Source: an uncultured delta proteobacterium (GTDB lineage: Bacteria; Desulfobacterota; Syntrophia; Syntrophales; Smithellaceae). Taken from it: a stretch of DNA of 64,000 nt. The translations under genes and the position numbers were made by a program. Location: contig CAVWEH010000005.1 in NCBI GenBank assembly GCA_963753975.1, forward strand, positions 544,001 through 608,000, in the 5' to 3' direction. Below the pieces are notes generated by a model. The model was not told where the DNA came from and did no database searches. It worked only from the letters and a program-made list of their open reading frames with translations. Of the stretch, positions 7,768 to 21,354 are shown one piece after another. How positions within the stretch are numbered: the first letter of the stretch is position 1; each line of letters opens with the position of its first letter.

Positions 7768-10242
7768 TTATTCATCGTTTTCATCATCGCCAATTGACCC
7801 GTTAACTTCATCTTCCGCCGTCGTGCGGGCAACGCCGACAAGTTTTTCTTTCGCTTCCAGATCGATGAGCTTCACGCCCTGGGTTACCCGGTGATTGACC
7901 GGTATTTCTCCTACTTTCATCCGGATGACTTTACCGCCATCGCTGATAAGCATAATGTGTTCATCGCCTGCCACCTGCAAGACGCCGGAGACATTCCCGA
8001 CTTTGGGTACGATTTTCAAATTAATCGTTCCTTTTCCGCCGCGGCTTTGCAAACGGTATTCCTCAATCGGAGTACATTTTCCAAAGCCTTTTTCGGAAAC
8101 CGTCAGTACAAACGTATCTTTTGCCGGTATATCCACGCCGATGACGGCGTCATCTTTTTTACCCAGATTAATGCCGCGCACGCCTTTCGCCGTCCTCCCC
8201 ATATCACGCACATTATCTTCTTTAAAACGAATGGCCATGCCTCGCCGCGTTGCTAAAAATATATCCTGTTTTCCGGTGGTTAGTTTAACATCAACCAGTT
8301 CGTCACCTTTTTCGATCGAAATGGCAATAATGCCCCCGGAGCGCGGGTTGGAATAAGCGGCTAACTCCGTCTTTTTAATGGTTCCTTTTTTCGTCACCAT
8401 CACCACGTATTTATTGTCAGCAAATTCCCGCACGGGCAGTGTCGCGCTCACGCGTTCACCCGGCCCCAAGTTCACTAAATTGACGATGGCTTTACCTTTG
8501 GCGGCTCGTCCGGCTTGGGGTATTTGATACACTTTCAGCCAGTGTACCTTGCCGGTCGAGGTAAAAATAAGGAGATAGTGATGGGTTGAAGCGATAAAGA
8601 TTTTTTCCACAAAATCCTCTTCTTTCGTCCCCATGCCCATTTTGCCGCGTCCGCCGCGGTGCTGGCTTTTGTAAAGGCTTGCCGCATTCCGCTTGATATA
8701 ACCCGAATGCGTAATGGTCACGACCATATCTTCTTCGACAATCATATCTTCGATATCAATATCCTCGGTACCAGCAACGATTTCGGTACGTCGTTCATCA
8801 CCATAGCGTTCTTTTATTTCGTTTAGTTCGTCGATAATAACCTGCAGGACTTTTTGCTCATCAGCCAAAATTGCTTCGAGTTTGGCCATTAAAACCTTCA
8901 CCTCCGCGTATTCTTCGTCAATTTTCGCCCGCTCCAGTCCGGTCAGGCGCTGCAACCTCATTTCCAGGATTGCTTTAGCCTGGATTTCAGACAGCTTAAA
9001 TTTCTCGCATAATTTTACCGTTGCTTCCTGAGGATTTTTAGACGCTTTAATCAAGGTCACAATAGCGTCGATATTTTTCAGCGCGATGATCAAGCCTTCC
9101 AAAATATGCGCCCGTTCTTTGGCGCGGGCGAGATCGAACCTGGTGCGTCGCACGACAACTTCCCTGCGGAAGGCAATGAATTTTTCTATTATCTCCTTTA
9201 GATTTAATACCTGAGGACGGCCGTCCGTTATCGCCAGCATAATAATGCCAAATGAGCTTTCCATTTGCGTAAACTTGTAGAGCTGATTGAGAATAATCGC
9301 GGAATTCTCGTCGCGTTTTAGATCAATGACGATGCGGATGCCTTCGCGGTCCGATTCGTCGCGCAGATCGGCAATGCCGGCTATTTTTTTATCCCGCACC
9401 AACTCCGATATTTTTTCGATCAGCGTGGCCTTATTGACTTGATAAGGTATTTCCGTGATGACAATTGTTTCTTTGTCATTGCGGGCGTTTTTCTCAATGA
9501 TCGCCCGTGCCCGCGTTTTAATTATGCCGCGGCCGGTTTTATATGCCGAAAGGATCCCTTCACGGCCGTTAATAAAACCCGCTGTAGGAAAGTCCGGTCC
9601 GGGAATATGGCGCATTAATTTTTCCACGGTGATCTGCGGATTCTTGATACAGGCGATGGTACCGTTTATTATTTCCGTCAAATTATGGGGCGGAATATTT
9701 GTGGCCATGCCCACGGCAATGCCGGAAGAACCGTTCAACAACAGCAACGGTATCCGTGTAGCCAAAAGCGACGGTTCCTGTAGAGATTCGTCATAGTTGG
9801 GCACATAATCAACGGTTTCCTTCTCCAGATCAGCAAGAACTTCTTCAGCAATACGCGCCAGTCGTATTTCCGTGTAACGCATAGCGGCGGGAGGATCACC
9901 GTCAATGGATCCAAAGTTTCCCTGTCCGTCAATCAGCATGTAGCGCAAAGAAAAATCCTGCGCCATACGCACCAGCGTGTCATAAACCGCCACATCGCCG
10001 TGTGGATGATATTTGCCGATGATATCACCGACAATTCGGGCGGACTTTTTATAAGCCTTATTATACCGGTTGCCCATCTCATACATGGAAAACAAAACCC
10101 GCCTGTGAACCGGTTTGAGGCCGTCGCGGACATCGGGAATAGCCCTCCCGATAATTACGCTCATGGCGTAATCCATGTACGATTTTTTCATTTCATCTTC
10201 TATATTCACCAGAGTCGGCTTGTGGTGGATATCTTTTTCCAT
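7768..10242 (-). CDS. gyrA: DNA gyrase subunit A
   Basis: KYHPHGD, AAMRYTE and GyrA-box QHRGGRG. Confidence 0.97.
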   Translation of the reverse strand: MEKDIHHKPTLVNIEDEMKKSYMDYAMSVIIGRAIPDVRDGLKPVHRRVLFSMYEMGNRYNKAYKKSARIVGDIIGKYHPHGDVAVYDTLVRMAQDFSLRYMLIDGQGNFGSIDGDPPAAMRYTEIRLARIAEEVLADLEKETVDYVPNYDESLQEPSLLATRIPLLLLNGSSGIAVGMATNIPPHNLTEIINGTIACIKNPQITVEKLMRHIPGPDFPTAGFINGREGILSAYKTGRGIIKTRARAIIEKNARNDKETIVITEIPYQVNKATLIEKISELVRDKKIAGIADLRDESDREGIRIVIDLKRDENSAIILNQLYKFTQMESSFGIIMLAITDGRPQVLNLKEIIEKFIAFRREVVVRRTRFDLARAKERAHILEGLIIALKNIDAIVTLIKASKNPQEATVKLCEKFKLSEIQAKAILEMRLQRLTGLERAKIDEEYAEVKVLMAKLEAILADEQKVLQVIIDELNEIKERYGDERRTEIVAGTEDIDIEDMIVEEDMVVTITHSGYIKRNAASLYKSQHRGGRGKMGMGTKEEDFVEKIFIASTHHYLLIFTSTGKVHWLKVYQIPQAGRAAKGKAIVNLVNLGPGERVSATLPVREFADNKYVVMVTKKGTIKKTELAAYSNPRSGGIIAISIEKGDELVDVKLTTGKQDIFLATRRGMAIRFKEDNVRDMGRTAKGVRGINLGKKDDAVIGVDIPAKDTFVLTVSEKGFGKCTPIEEYRLQSRGGKGTINLKIVPKVGNVSGVLQVAGDEHIMLISDGGKVIRMKVGEIPVNHRVTQGVKLIDLEAKEKLVGVARTTAEDEVNGSIGDDENDE

Positions 10243-10311
10243 TTTACTTCATCCTCTCTAAACGTAAGCGGTTATTTAACGGCTTATTCATCGTGTATTT
10301 GATAGTCGGAT

Positions 10312-13855
<3,544 letters not shown>

Positions 13856-13869
13856 TCCTTCCCCCTTGT

Positions 13870-14012
13870 TTTATATTATTTAATATTATCTTTTCTTATA
13901 TATTAATAATTAGTATTAGTAATAAGACCTGTGTATATGTTAGTAAATGAAAATTTTATAATAAAGACAATAATATATAAAATAATCGCTTGTTTATAAA
14001 TTGCTCTTAGAA
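13870..14012 (-). other. oriC: oriC (dnaA-dnaN intergenic unwinding region)
   Basis: Minus strand reads ATATACACA (DnaA-box-like, 13930-13938), GGTC, then TTA/CTA trio repeats (13904-13925) and an AT-rich tract; a further box TTATAAACA at 13991-13999. Confidence 0.8.
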
Positions 14013-14015
14013 ACT

Positions 14016-15368
14016 TTATGTTTTGTGGATTAAAACATCTTCAATATCCCGAACTACATTTTTCAACTTAGAATCAACTTCAATTTTATTTAAAATTTTA
14101 TTTGTTGCATAAATTACAGTCGAATGATCTCTATTGCCGATTTTTTGACCGATATCCGGAAACGAAGCATTGGTTAATTTTCTGGATAAAAACATGGCAA
14201 TCTGTCGCGCAAAAACAAGATTTTTATTTTTATTATGGGCTTTTATATCGGATATTTTCACGTTTAATTTTCCGGCAACTACTTTAATTATCTCTTCAAT
14301 ACTTACTTCTTCGTTTCCCTTGCGCTGAACTACGTTTTTTAGCACTTCCTTTACTAAATCCAAGTCAATTTCTCTGCCTGTTAAAGAAGAATAAGCGCTT
14401 ATTCTAACCAGGAACCCTTCCAATTCGCGAATGTTGGATTCTACATGAGAGGCGATATATTGAGCGACCGTGTTCGGCAAAGTAATTTGACTCTCCTGCA
14501 TTTTTTTTTCGATGATGGCAATTTTTGTTTCTATTTCCGGAGGCTGAATATCAGCGATCAATCCCCACTCAAAACGAGAACGCAGTCGTCCTTCCAGGTT
14601 CGGTATATCTTTAGGAAATTTATCGCTGGTGACTACTATTTGTTTTCCCGAGTCATGCAGTGTATTGAAAGTATGAAAAAATTCTTCTTGGGTTCTTTCT
14701 TTTCCCGCTAAAAAATGGATGTCATCAATTAGTAGGCAACTGATATTACGGTATTTTTCCCTGAATTTGGGCATCCGGTCATAGCGAATGGAATTAATCA
14801 TTTCATTCATAAATTCCTCTGCTGATACATACATAACATTTAGTTCCGGGTGGGCGGTAGTCGTTAGAAGACCAGTCGCATTAAGTAAATGTGTCTTTCC
14901 TAAGCCTGATCCGCCGTAAATGAATAAAGGATTGTAATTTTTGGCCGGTTGTTTGGCTACGGCAATGGAAGCGGCGTGGGCAAACTGATTACAGGGGCCC
15001 ACTACAAATCTGTCAAAGGTATAGTTATTATTTAAAAAAGAATAATTTTTTCCTTTACTTGCCATTGAAGAGGAAGCGCTTTTCGTACGTATAGGAGACA
15101 TAGACACAGAATCCGGACTTTTTTCTTTACTCTTAGAGAGGATAAACTCAATATCAACATCAATACCTATAACATGTTGCAATGATTGTTTAATCGTAGA
15201 AAAATAATTATCCAAAAGCCAATCTTTAAAAAATTTATTGGGCACCATTAATTGTACGCACTCGTCTTCCATGGCAACTATTTTAATCGGTTTTATCCAC
15301 GTATCAAAATTTTGCTTGCTCAGCTTTTCCTGAATGATTTTAGCCGTTTTGTCCCAAACTGCTTCCAC
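14016..15368 (-). CDS. dnaA: Chromosomal replication initiator DnaA
   Basis: YNPLFIYGGSGLGKTHL, QEEFFHTFN and RDHSTV. Confidence 0.98.
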   Translation of the reverse strand: MEAVWDKTAKIIQEKLSKQNFDTWIKPIKIVAMEDECVQLMVPNKFFKDWLLDNYFSTIKQSLQHVIGIDVDIEFILSKSKEKSPDSVSMSPIRTKSASSSMASKGKNYSFLNNNYTFDRFVVGPCNQFAHAASIAVAKQPAKNYNPLFIYGGSGLGKTHLLNATGLLTTTAHPELNVMYVSAEEFMNEMINSIRYDRMPKFREKYRNISCLLIDDIHFLAGKERTQEEFFHTFNTLHDSGKQIVVTSDKFPKDIPNLEGRLRSRFEWGLIADIQPPEIETKIAIIEKKMQESQITLPNTVAQYIASHVESNIRELEGFLVRISAYSSLTGREIDLDLVKEVLKNVVQRKGNEEVSIEEIIKVVAGKLNVKISDIKAHNKNKNLVFARQIAMFLSRKLTNASFPDIGQKIGNRDHSTVIYATNKILNKIEVDSKLKNVVRDIEDVLIHKT

Positions 15369-15380
15369 TATAACAATCCT

Positions 15381-15412
15381 TTATAAACATATTTATCAAC
15401 AACTGTTGATAA
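15381..15412. promoter_or_regulatory. DnaA-box cluster upstream of dnaA
   Basis: TTATAAACA (15381-15389), TTATCAACA (15393-15401) and inverted TGTTGATAA (15404-15412). Confidence 0.7.
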
Positions 15413-15429
15413 GCATTGAAAATTTTACG

Positions 15430-16284
15430 TTATTTCAAATCATCGAGAATTAAACCCGAAAGACGGTTCAATTCATCCATAGAAGAATAGCGAATTTCAA
15501 TTGCACCTTTTTTTGCTATACCTTTGATTTGTACCTTTGCTATTAATTTTGCGGTCATTGCCTTTTCCAGGTCGGCCAAAAAGCGGTCTTTAGCAACTGG
15601 TTTCTTGCTTACCGACTGTTTTTTTATGTTTTGTATCAATCGTTCTGTTTCCCGAACATTTAATTCCTTCTTTAAGATTATCTGCAGCGCCGCAATTTGC
15701 TCTTCGGTTGAGTTACAAGCCAGCAAACAGCGGGCGTGACCTGCCGAAATCTTTTTTTCCACCAGAGCGGCTTTTATTTTAGCCGGCAATCTTAAAAGCC
15801 GGATGATATTGGTAATCGTCGAGCGATCCTTGCCCACACGAAATGAAATCTCCTCTTGAGAAAGATTGAATCTTTCGTTTAAAGTTATATAGGCCGCCGC
15901 TTCTTCCAGAGGATTTAATTCTTCCCTCTGGATATTTTCGATCAGCGACATCTCCGCTGCCTGCATATCCGTCGCTTCGCGAATAACAATAGGCACATCT
16001 TTCAGGCCAGCGGCCTGAGCCGCGCGCCAGCGGCGCTCGCCGGCGATGATTTCATATCCTTTGTCTAATTTGCGGACAATAATCGGCTGTATAATACCGC
16101 TGCTTTTGATGGAAGCAACGAGCTGCTTCTGATTATCATCCTTGAAATTTTTGCGGGGTTGATAACGGTTGGGCTGCAATTCCTCAATACCGCAGGTAAA
16201 AGCAGGAGTTTTTTTATCCAGGTCATTCAATAGATCCGGAAAAATGGCACCAAGCCCTTTACCCAGCGCGTTTTTTTGTGCCAT
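15430..16284 (-). CDS. parB: Chromosome partitioning protein ParB
   Basis: LGKGLGA, QPRK, AGERRWRAA and ENIQRE. Confidence 0.95.
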   Translation of the reverse strand: MAQKNALGKGLGAIFPDLLNDLDKKTPAFTCGIEELQPNRYQPRKNFKDDNQKQLVASIKSSGIIQPIIVRKLDKGYEIIAGERRWRAAQAAGLKDVPIVIREATDMQAAEMSLIENIQREELNPLEEAAAYITLNERFNLSQEEISFRVGKDRSTITNIIRLLRLPAKIKAALVEKKISAGHARCLLACNSTEEQIAALQIILKKELNVRETERLIQNIKKQSVSKKPVAKDRFLADLEKAMTAKLIAKVQIKGIAKKGAIEIRYSSMDELNRLSGLILDDLK

Positions 16285-17052
16285 TTACATTCCTCCCTGA
16301 ATTATTTCTTGAGCCAATTCCATATAGGCCACGGCTCCGCGCGATTTAATATCGTAAAGAATAATGGGTAACCCGTGACTCGGACTTTCTGAAAGCCGGA
16401 CATTCCTCGGAATGATTGTTTTAAAAACTTTGTCCCCAAAATGTTTTTTTACATCTTCGGTGACACGATGCGAAAGCAAATTTCGCGGGTCGAACATCGT
16501 CAGCAGAATTCCACCCAAGGCCAAATCCGGATTTAGCCGCGCCTTAACCAACTTAACCGTGTTTAGTAAATACCCCAGTCCTTCCATGGCGAAATATTCA
16601 CACTGTAAAGGAACAATCAAGAAATCGGCAGAGACAAGAGCATTGACCGTCATAAAACCCAGCGAAGGCGGACAGTCAATCAATATGAAATCGTACTGCC
16701 GTTCCATGGATTTTAGTAAATGGCGTAAACGTTTTTCCCGGTCTTCGAGATTAACAAACTCTACCTCCACACCGATTAAATCCTGGTTGGCGGGAATTAT
16801 ATCCAAGTGAGGTATTGCCGTTTGCAGAATAACTCTTTCCAATGGCGCATTGCCGATCATGGCATGATACAAATTGGCTTCTTGAAAAGAGCTACTTTCT
16901 ATGCCCATGCCGCTTGTCGAATTGCCCTGAGAATCGCCGTCAATCAATAAAGTTTTTTTTTCAGCAGCGGCCAGGGATGAAGACAAATTAATTGCGGTAG
17001 TTGTTTTGCCGACCCCCCCTTTTTGATTGGCTATACATATGATTTTATTCAT
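16285..17052 (-). CDS. parA: Chromosome partitioning ATPase ParA/Soj
   Basis: NQKGGVGKTTT, DCPPSLG and IPRNVRLSESPS. Confidence 0.95.
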   Translation of the reverse strand: MNKIICIANQKGGVGKTTTAINLSSSLAAAEKKTLLIDGDSQGNSTSGMGIESSSFQEANLYHAMIGNAPLERVILQTAIPHLDIIPANQDLIGVEVEFVNLEDREKRLRHLLKSMERQYDFILIDCPPSLGFMTVNALVSADFLIVPLQCEYFAMEGLGYLLNTVKLVKARLNPDLALGGILLTMFDPRNLLSHRVTEDVKKHFGDKVFKTIIPRNVRLSESPSHGLPIILYDIKSRGAVAYMELAQEIIQGGM

Positions 17053-17124
17053 TTTTATATTTGATGTCTTCCCGGAAATTCTTTGGAAAAAACTGCCGTA
17101 AGAACTAGCATAAAAAAGATGTTT

Positions 17125-17805
17125 TTAGAAGGCTTTTTTATCTTTTTTTATCTTTTTTCCGACGATAATTTTATGCTGACTATCCCGCAGGGGAGAAATT
17201 ATATCATACTGAAATAATTCGTCAAAATAAGATGCTGTGGCGCTTTTAACACAGGTTAAAAATTCATTGTCGATGTCGGGGCCTTTTAAAGCGATCAATA
17301 TACCTTGCGGCACAAGAAAAAAAGCGCCCAGCGTTAGAAATTCAGGAAGTTTAAAAACGGCACGGGAAATAACTATATCAAAAAAATCTTTCCATATATT
17401 ATTTTTTATTAAGTTTTCAGCGCGTTCATGAAGAACGACCGTTTCGGTGAGGTTTAAGAGACGGATAATATGTTTTAAAAAGGAACTTTTTTTGCGATTG
17501 CTTTCCACTAAATAAAGCTGCAAATTAGGCCTAGCAATCTTTAAAGGAATACTTGGAAATCCGGCGCCGCTTCCTATATCGATTATCCGGGCTCTGTGGT
17601 TATCAATAAATTGCAAAGCTGTAAGCGAATCCAGAAAGTGGCGGCTGACAATATCTTTAGAGGATTTCTCCGATATCAAATTCTTTTTGGCGTTCCACAG
17701 CAGCAATTCCCGCTGATAAATATTAAATTGCTCTAATTGAATATTACTCAAGGGAATTCTCATTTCCTGCGCGACCTGACCGAGTAAAATTATTTCCTTT
17801 TCCAT
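17125..17805 (-). CDS. rsmG: 16S rRNA m7G527 methyltransferase RsmG (GidB)
   Basis: HFLDSL, DIGSGAGFP and SRA motifs; start placed at ATG 17805. Confidence 0.92.
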   Translation of the reverse strand: MEKEIILLGQVAQEMRIPLSNIQLEQFNIYQRELLLWNAKKNLISEKSSKDIVSRHFLDSLTALQFIDNHRARIIDIGSGAGFPSIPLKIARPNLQLYLVESNRKKSSFLKHIIRLLNLTETVVLHERAENLIKNNIWKDFFDIVISRAVFKLPEFLTLGAFFLVPQGILIALKGPDIDNEFLTCVKSATASYFDELFQYDIISPLRDSQHKIIVGKKIKKDKKAF

Positions 17806-17951
17806 GGGCGGTAAATAACAAAAAGACCATATAACGGCAAACAATATTTGTTATTATTGATCCCGTAGCGGGAGCTCTCGGGATAGCGCAGTATGCCGGA
17901 ATATGATACAGATATTGTTACGGGAGGGAAGAAGTGAGGTCGCAGACGAAT

Positions 17952-18671
17952 ATGAAGAATATAAGCATCGTTTTGCAGAAGCCCAAATATGCGGGTAATG
18001 TCGGCTCTATTGCCCGCGTGGCTAAAAATATGGGTATTGGCAGCATCATCATTGTGGGCGCGACCGATATGGATAAAGACGAGATGCGGAAAAGATCAAC
18101 GCATTTGGCCGTTAATGTCCTGGATAAGATACAATATTTTCAGGATGTCGGCACGGCCCTGGAAAAATTCGGATACATTGTGGGGACAACGGCGCGCCAG
18201 GGTTCTGCCCGCGGACCATTTATTACACCGCGTGTTATTGCCGAAAAAATCGTGGACATCGCCCGCAAGAATAAGGTCGCTCTGCTTTTCGGCCCCGAAG
18301 ATACGGGCCTTTCCAATGATGAATTGCGCTATTGTCATGCTGTGGTAAGCATTCCGACAGCACGGGAACTCAAATCCATCAATCTTTCCCATGCGGTGAT
18401 GATTGTCTGCTACGAAATATTTACCGCTTCGCGGCCGATTATCGAAGAAGCAACGTCTAAATTAGCGCTGTCTTCAGAGCTCGAAGGGATGTACGGACAA
18501 ATAAAAACTCTGCTTGCCGAAATCGGGTTTTTAAATCCGGAAAATCCTGATTACTGGATGATGCATTTGCGCCGCTTTTTTACCCGGTCAGGTCTTTTAT
18601 CGCGGGAAGTAAAAATAATTCGGGGTATTTGCCGGCAGTTGAAATGGTATGCCCACTACAAAAAAACTTGA
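17952..18671 (+). CDS. trmJ: SPOUT tRNA methyltransferase, TrmJ/LasT family
   Basis: GNVGSIAR, LFGPEDTGL and SINLSHAV. Confidence 0.85.
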   Translation: MKNISIVLQKPKYAGNVGSIARVAKNMGIGSIIIVGATDMDKDEMRKRSTHLAVNVLDKIQYFQDVGTALEKFGYIVGTTARQGSARGPFITPRVIAEKIVDIARKNKVALLFGPEDTGLSNDELRYCHAVVSIPTARELKSINLSHAVMIVCYEIFTASRPIIEEATSKLALSSELEGMYGQIKTLLAEIGFLNPENPDYWMMHLRRFFTRSGLLSREVKIIRGICRQLKWYAHYKKT

Positions 18672-18766
18672 CTTTAGGGGATAGTTCTCATAGGGATTGC
18701 GCATATTAAATTGTGTAGCAATATTTTCCCGGCTTTAAATTGAATACTTTTGGAGGTTTGCAGAAC

Positions 18767-19924
18767 ATGAATAAAATATTTTCATTTACGGGCGCGAAAA
18801 AAATTGTTTTTGGCACAGGATCATTATCGACTCTGGCCTCTCACATTAAAGAACTAAACGCGAAAAAACCTTTCGTGGTAATCGATAAAAATCTTTCCCA
18901 GGCAGGTTTCCCGGACAAACTCGCCAATATTCTTAATCCTCAAGGCATCAAATTTACAGTCTATGATAAGACCGAGCCGGAGCCCAGAATTGAATTGGCG
19001 GATGAAGGCGCGGCCGCAGCAATCAAAAATCAAAGTGATATTATCATCGGCATTGGCGGCGGAAGCGCCATGGATGTCGCCAAGGCGATCGCGGTTTTGG
19101 CTACCAACAAAGGAAGCGCCGTTGATTATTTGGGATTGAACAAAGTTCCGCAGCCGGGTTTGCCGAAAATAATGATTCCTACTACCGCCGGAACCGGCAG
19201 TGAAGTCACCTTTACCGCTGTTTTTGTGCGGAAAAAGCTGCAGAAGAAGGAAGGGATGAACAGCCCTCATCTTTATCCGGAGCTAGCGCTTTTGGATCCG
19301 GAATTAACGCTCAGTTTGCCGCCTGCGCCTACGGCGCAAACGGGTCTCGATGCGTTATGCCACGCCATCGAATCTTATACGTCCGTAAATGCTTCGCCCA
19401 TGAGCGAGCTTATTTCTCTGCAGGCGATTATTCTCATTGCCGAAAATTTGCGTACCTGCGTACATGACGGGAAGAATTTAGCCGCACGCGAAAAGATGCT
19501 TCTGGGAAGTCTTTATGCGGGAATAGGTTTGGCCAATGCCGGTGTAACTGCGGTGCATTCGCTTTCGTATCCGCTAGGCGGTAAATACGGGGTCACGCAT
19601 GGACTCGCCAATACGATGATGCTGATTGCAGTCATGAGCTTTAATCTGCCCGCCGCGCTGGATAAATTTACCGATATCGCGGAAGCGATGGGAGAATGCG
19701 TTGACGGTCTTCCGGTCCGCGAGGCCGCGTATTTGGCCCTCGAAGCTGCCGAGGCGTTAATTGAGGATTGCGGCATTCACAGCACGCTTACCGAATTCGG
19801 CATCAAAGAAACGGATTTTCCGGCGCTAGCCGATGTCGCTATGTCTGTGGCGCGACCGCTGGAAAATAATCCGCGTAAAGTAACCAAAGACGACGCGATC
19901 GCAATGTATGCGCAGGCTTTTTAA
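18767..19924 (+). CDS. Iron-containing alcohol dehydrogenase, possible KdnB partner
   Basis: GGGSAMD, PTTAGTGSE, DALCHAIE and metal-binding His residues; adjacent to the kdnA-like gene. Confidence 0.85.
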   Translation: MNKIFSFTGAKKIVFGTGSLSTLASHIKELNAKKPFVVIDKNLSQAGFPDKLANILNPQGIKFTVYDKTEPEPRIELADEGAAAAIKNQSDIIIGIGGGSAMDVAKAIAVLATNKGSAVDYLGLNKVPQPGLPKIMIPTTAGTGSEVTFTAVFVRKKLQKKEGMNSPHLYPELALLDPELTLSLPPAPTAQTGLDALCHAIESYTSVNASPMSELISLQAIILIAENLRTCVHDGKNLAAREKMLLGSLYAGIGLANAGVTAVHSLSYPLGGKYGVTHGLANTMMLIAVMSFNLPAALDKFTDIAEAMGECVDGLPVREAAYLALEAAEALIEDCGIHSTLTEFGIKETDFPALADVAMSVARPLENNPRKVTKDDAIAMYAQAF

Positions 19925-19960
19925 GTTATAAGAATATATAATAGGGAGGCAAAAATAAAA

Positions 19961-21163
19961 ATGGCTGGTGCAGAATTAATCGGCAAAGAAGAAATCAAGG
20001 AAGTAATGGATGTGCTCCAAACCGGCATCCTAATGCGTTACGGATTCGATAAGGAAAGAAAAGGTATTTTTAAGGTTCGGGAGTTTGAGGAAGCGTTTGC
20101 CAAATATTGTCAAGCCCAATACGCTTTGGGCGTAACTTCCGGTTCATCAGCGTTGAAAATCGCCCTGACAGCGCTGGATGTGGGCCCCGGTGATGACGTC
20201 CTTGTGCCCGCCTTTACTTTTTTAGCCACCTATGAAGCGGTAATGGAAGTGGGCGCTATTCCCATAATGGTTGATATCGACGATACGCTTAACCTCGATC
20301 CGCAGGAAATCGAAAAGAAAAAGACCCCCTATACTAAGGCTGTAATTCCCGTGCATATGTGTGGTTCGGCGGCCAATATCGATAAAATCATGGAAGTAGC
20401 GCGCAAAAATAAGTTGCTGGTGTTGGAAGATAACGCTCAGGGTTGTGGGGCAGGCTTCAAAGGCAAAAAACTGGGATCTTTCGGCGATATGGGCTGCTTT
20501 AGCTTTGACTATGTAAAAACAGTGACCACCGGCGAAGGCGGCATGGTCATCACCAACAGCCTCGATTTGTATCACCGGGCGGAATGGTATCACGATCACG
20601 GCCACGATCATAATCCCAAAGTCAGCCGCGCGCTGGAAGGAAGAACCATTCTGGGTTTCAACTATCGGATGAACGAATTGCAGGGAGCATTAGGATTAGC
20701 ACAACTAAGAAAACTCGATTATATTGTGGGTGAGCAAAAAAAGAATAAAAAAATTATTAAAGACGCTTTGGCGCAGGTTCCGGGTGTGAAATTCAGAAAC
20801 CTTCCCGATCCGGAGGGAGATTCCGCCACGTTTTTAGCCTTTAATTTGCCGGATGAAAATCAGGCGCAAAAGTTTCAAAACCTGCTGGCCGCCGAAGGTG
20901 TAGATACAGTTTGCTACAAGAGAAATCTGTGGCATTACGTTCCCAATTGGGAACACTTCCTGGCGCGCTCGACTGCCAACTCTAAGAAATATCCGTTTAC
21001 CGATCTTACCTATAAAGGCAAAATAGGCTACTCGCGCGAGAGCATTCCACAAGCGGAAGACATTTTGGGCCGAACGCTCGTAATAGGCATATCCATCAAG
21101 ATGAGTCCGGAAAAACTTAATCAAATCAAGAAAGGGATTGAACAGGCAGTTAAGAATTTCTAA
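19961..21163 (+). CDS. kdnA: DegT-family PLP aminotransferase, KdnA-like (Kdo8N synthesis)
   Basis: VHMCGS, SFDYVKT, DHGHDH, GLAQLRKLD and PDPEGDSA segments match my recollection of Shewanella KdnA. Confidence 0.75.
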   Translation: MAGAELIGKEEIKEVMDVLQTGILMRYGFDKERKGIFKVREFEEAFAKYCQAQYALGVTSGSSALKIALTALDVGPGDDVLVPAFTFLATYEAVMEVGAIPIMVDIDDTLNLDPQEIEKKKTPYTKAVIPVHMCGSAANIDKIMEVARKNKLLVLEDNAQGCGAGFKGKKLGSFGDMGCFSFDYVKTVTTGEGGMVITNSLDLYHRAEWYHDHGHDHNPKVSRALEGRTILGFNYRMNELQGALGLAQLRKLDYIVGEQKKNKKIIKDALAQVPGVKFRNLPDPEGDSATFLAFNLPDENQAQKFQNLLAAEGVDTVCYKRNLWHYVPNWEHFLARSTANSKKYPFTDLTYKGKIGYSRESIPQAEDILGRTLVIGISIKMSPEKLNQIKKGIEQAVKNF

Positions 21164-21167
21164 TAGG

Positions 21168-21227
21168 ACTGAATTTAGGAACAAAAAAAGCTGCGATTAG
21201 TAATAGCGCGGCTTTTTTGTTGAGATT
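21168..21227 (+). terminator. Terminator hairpin that is also copy 1 of a ~60-bp direct repeat
   Basis: AAAAAAGCTGCG...CGCGGCTTTTTT; repeated at 28567-28629. Confidence 0.75.
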
Positions 21228-21354
21228 TATTGTATTCGAAAATCAACTTTTATCTTGTTTATTTCAATAGATTGCCGCTTTGTACGGCCAAAGTGCTTCA
21301 TTGACACACAGGGAATTTCTTCCTATACTTTCTTCGGATGATGAGGATATTGGA

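Noticed and set aside
17858..17890. ATCCCG..CGGGAT hairpin between rsmG and trmJ as an ncRNA or tRNA remnant
   Set aside because: Too short and has no tRNA arms; probably a small palindromic repeat like 52443-52457.
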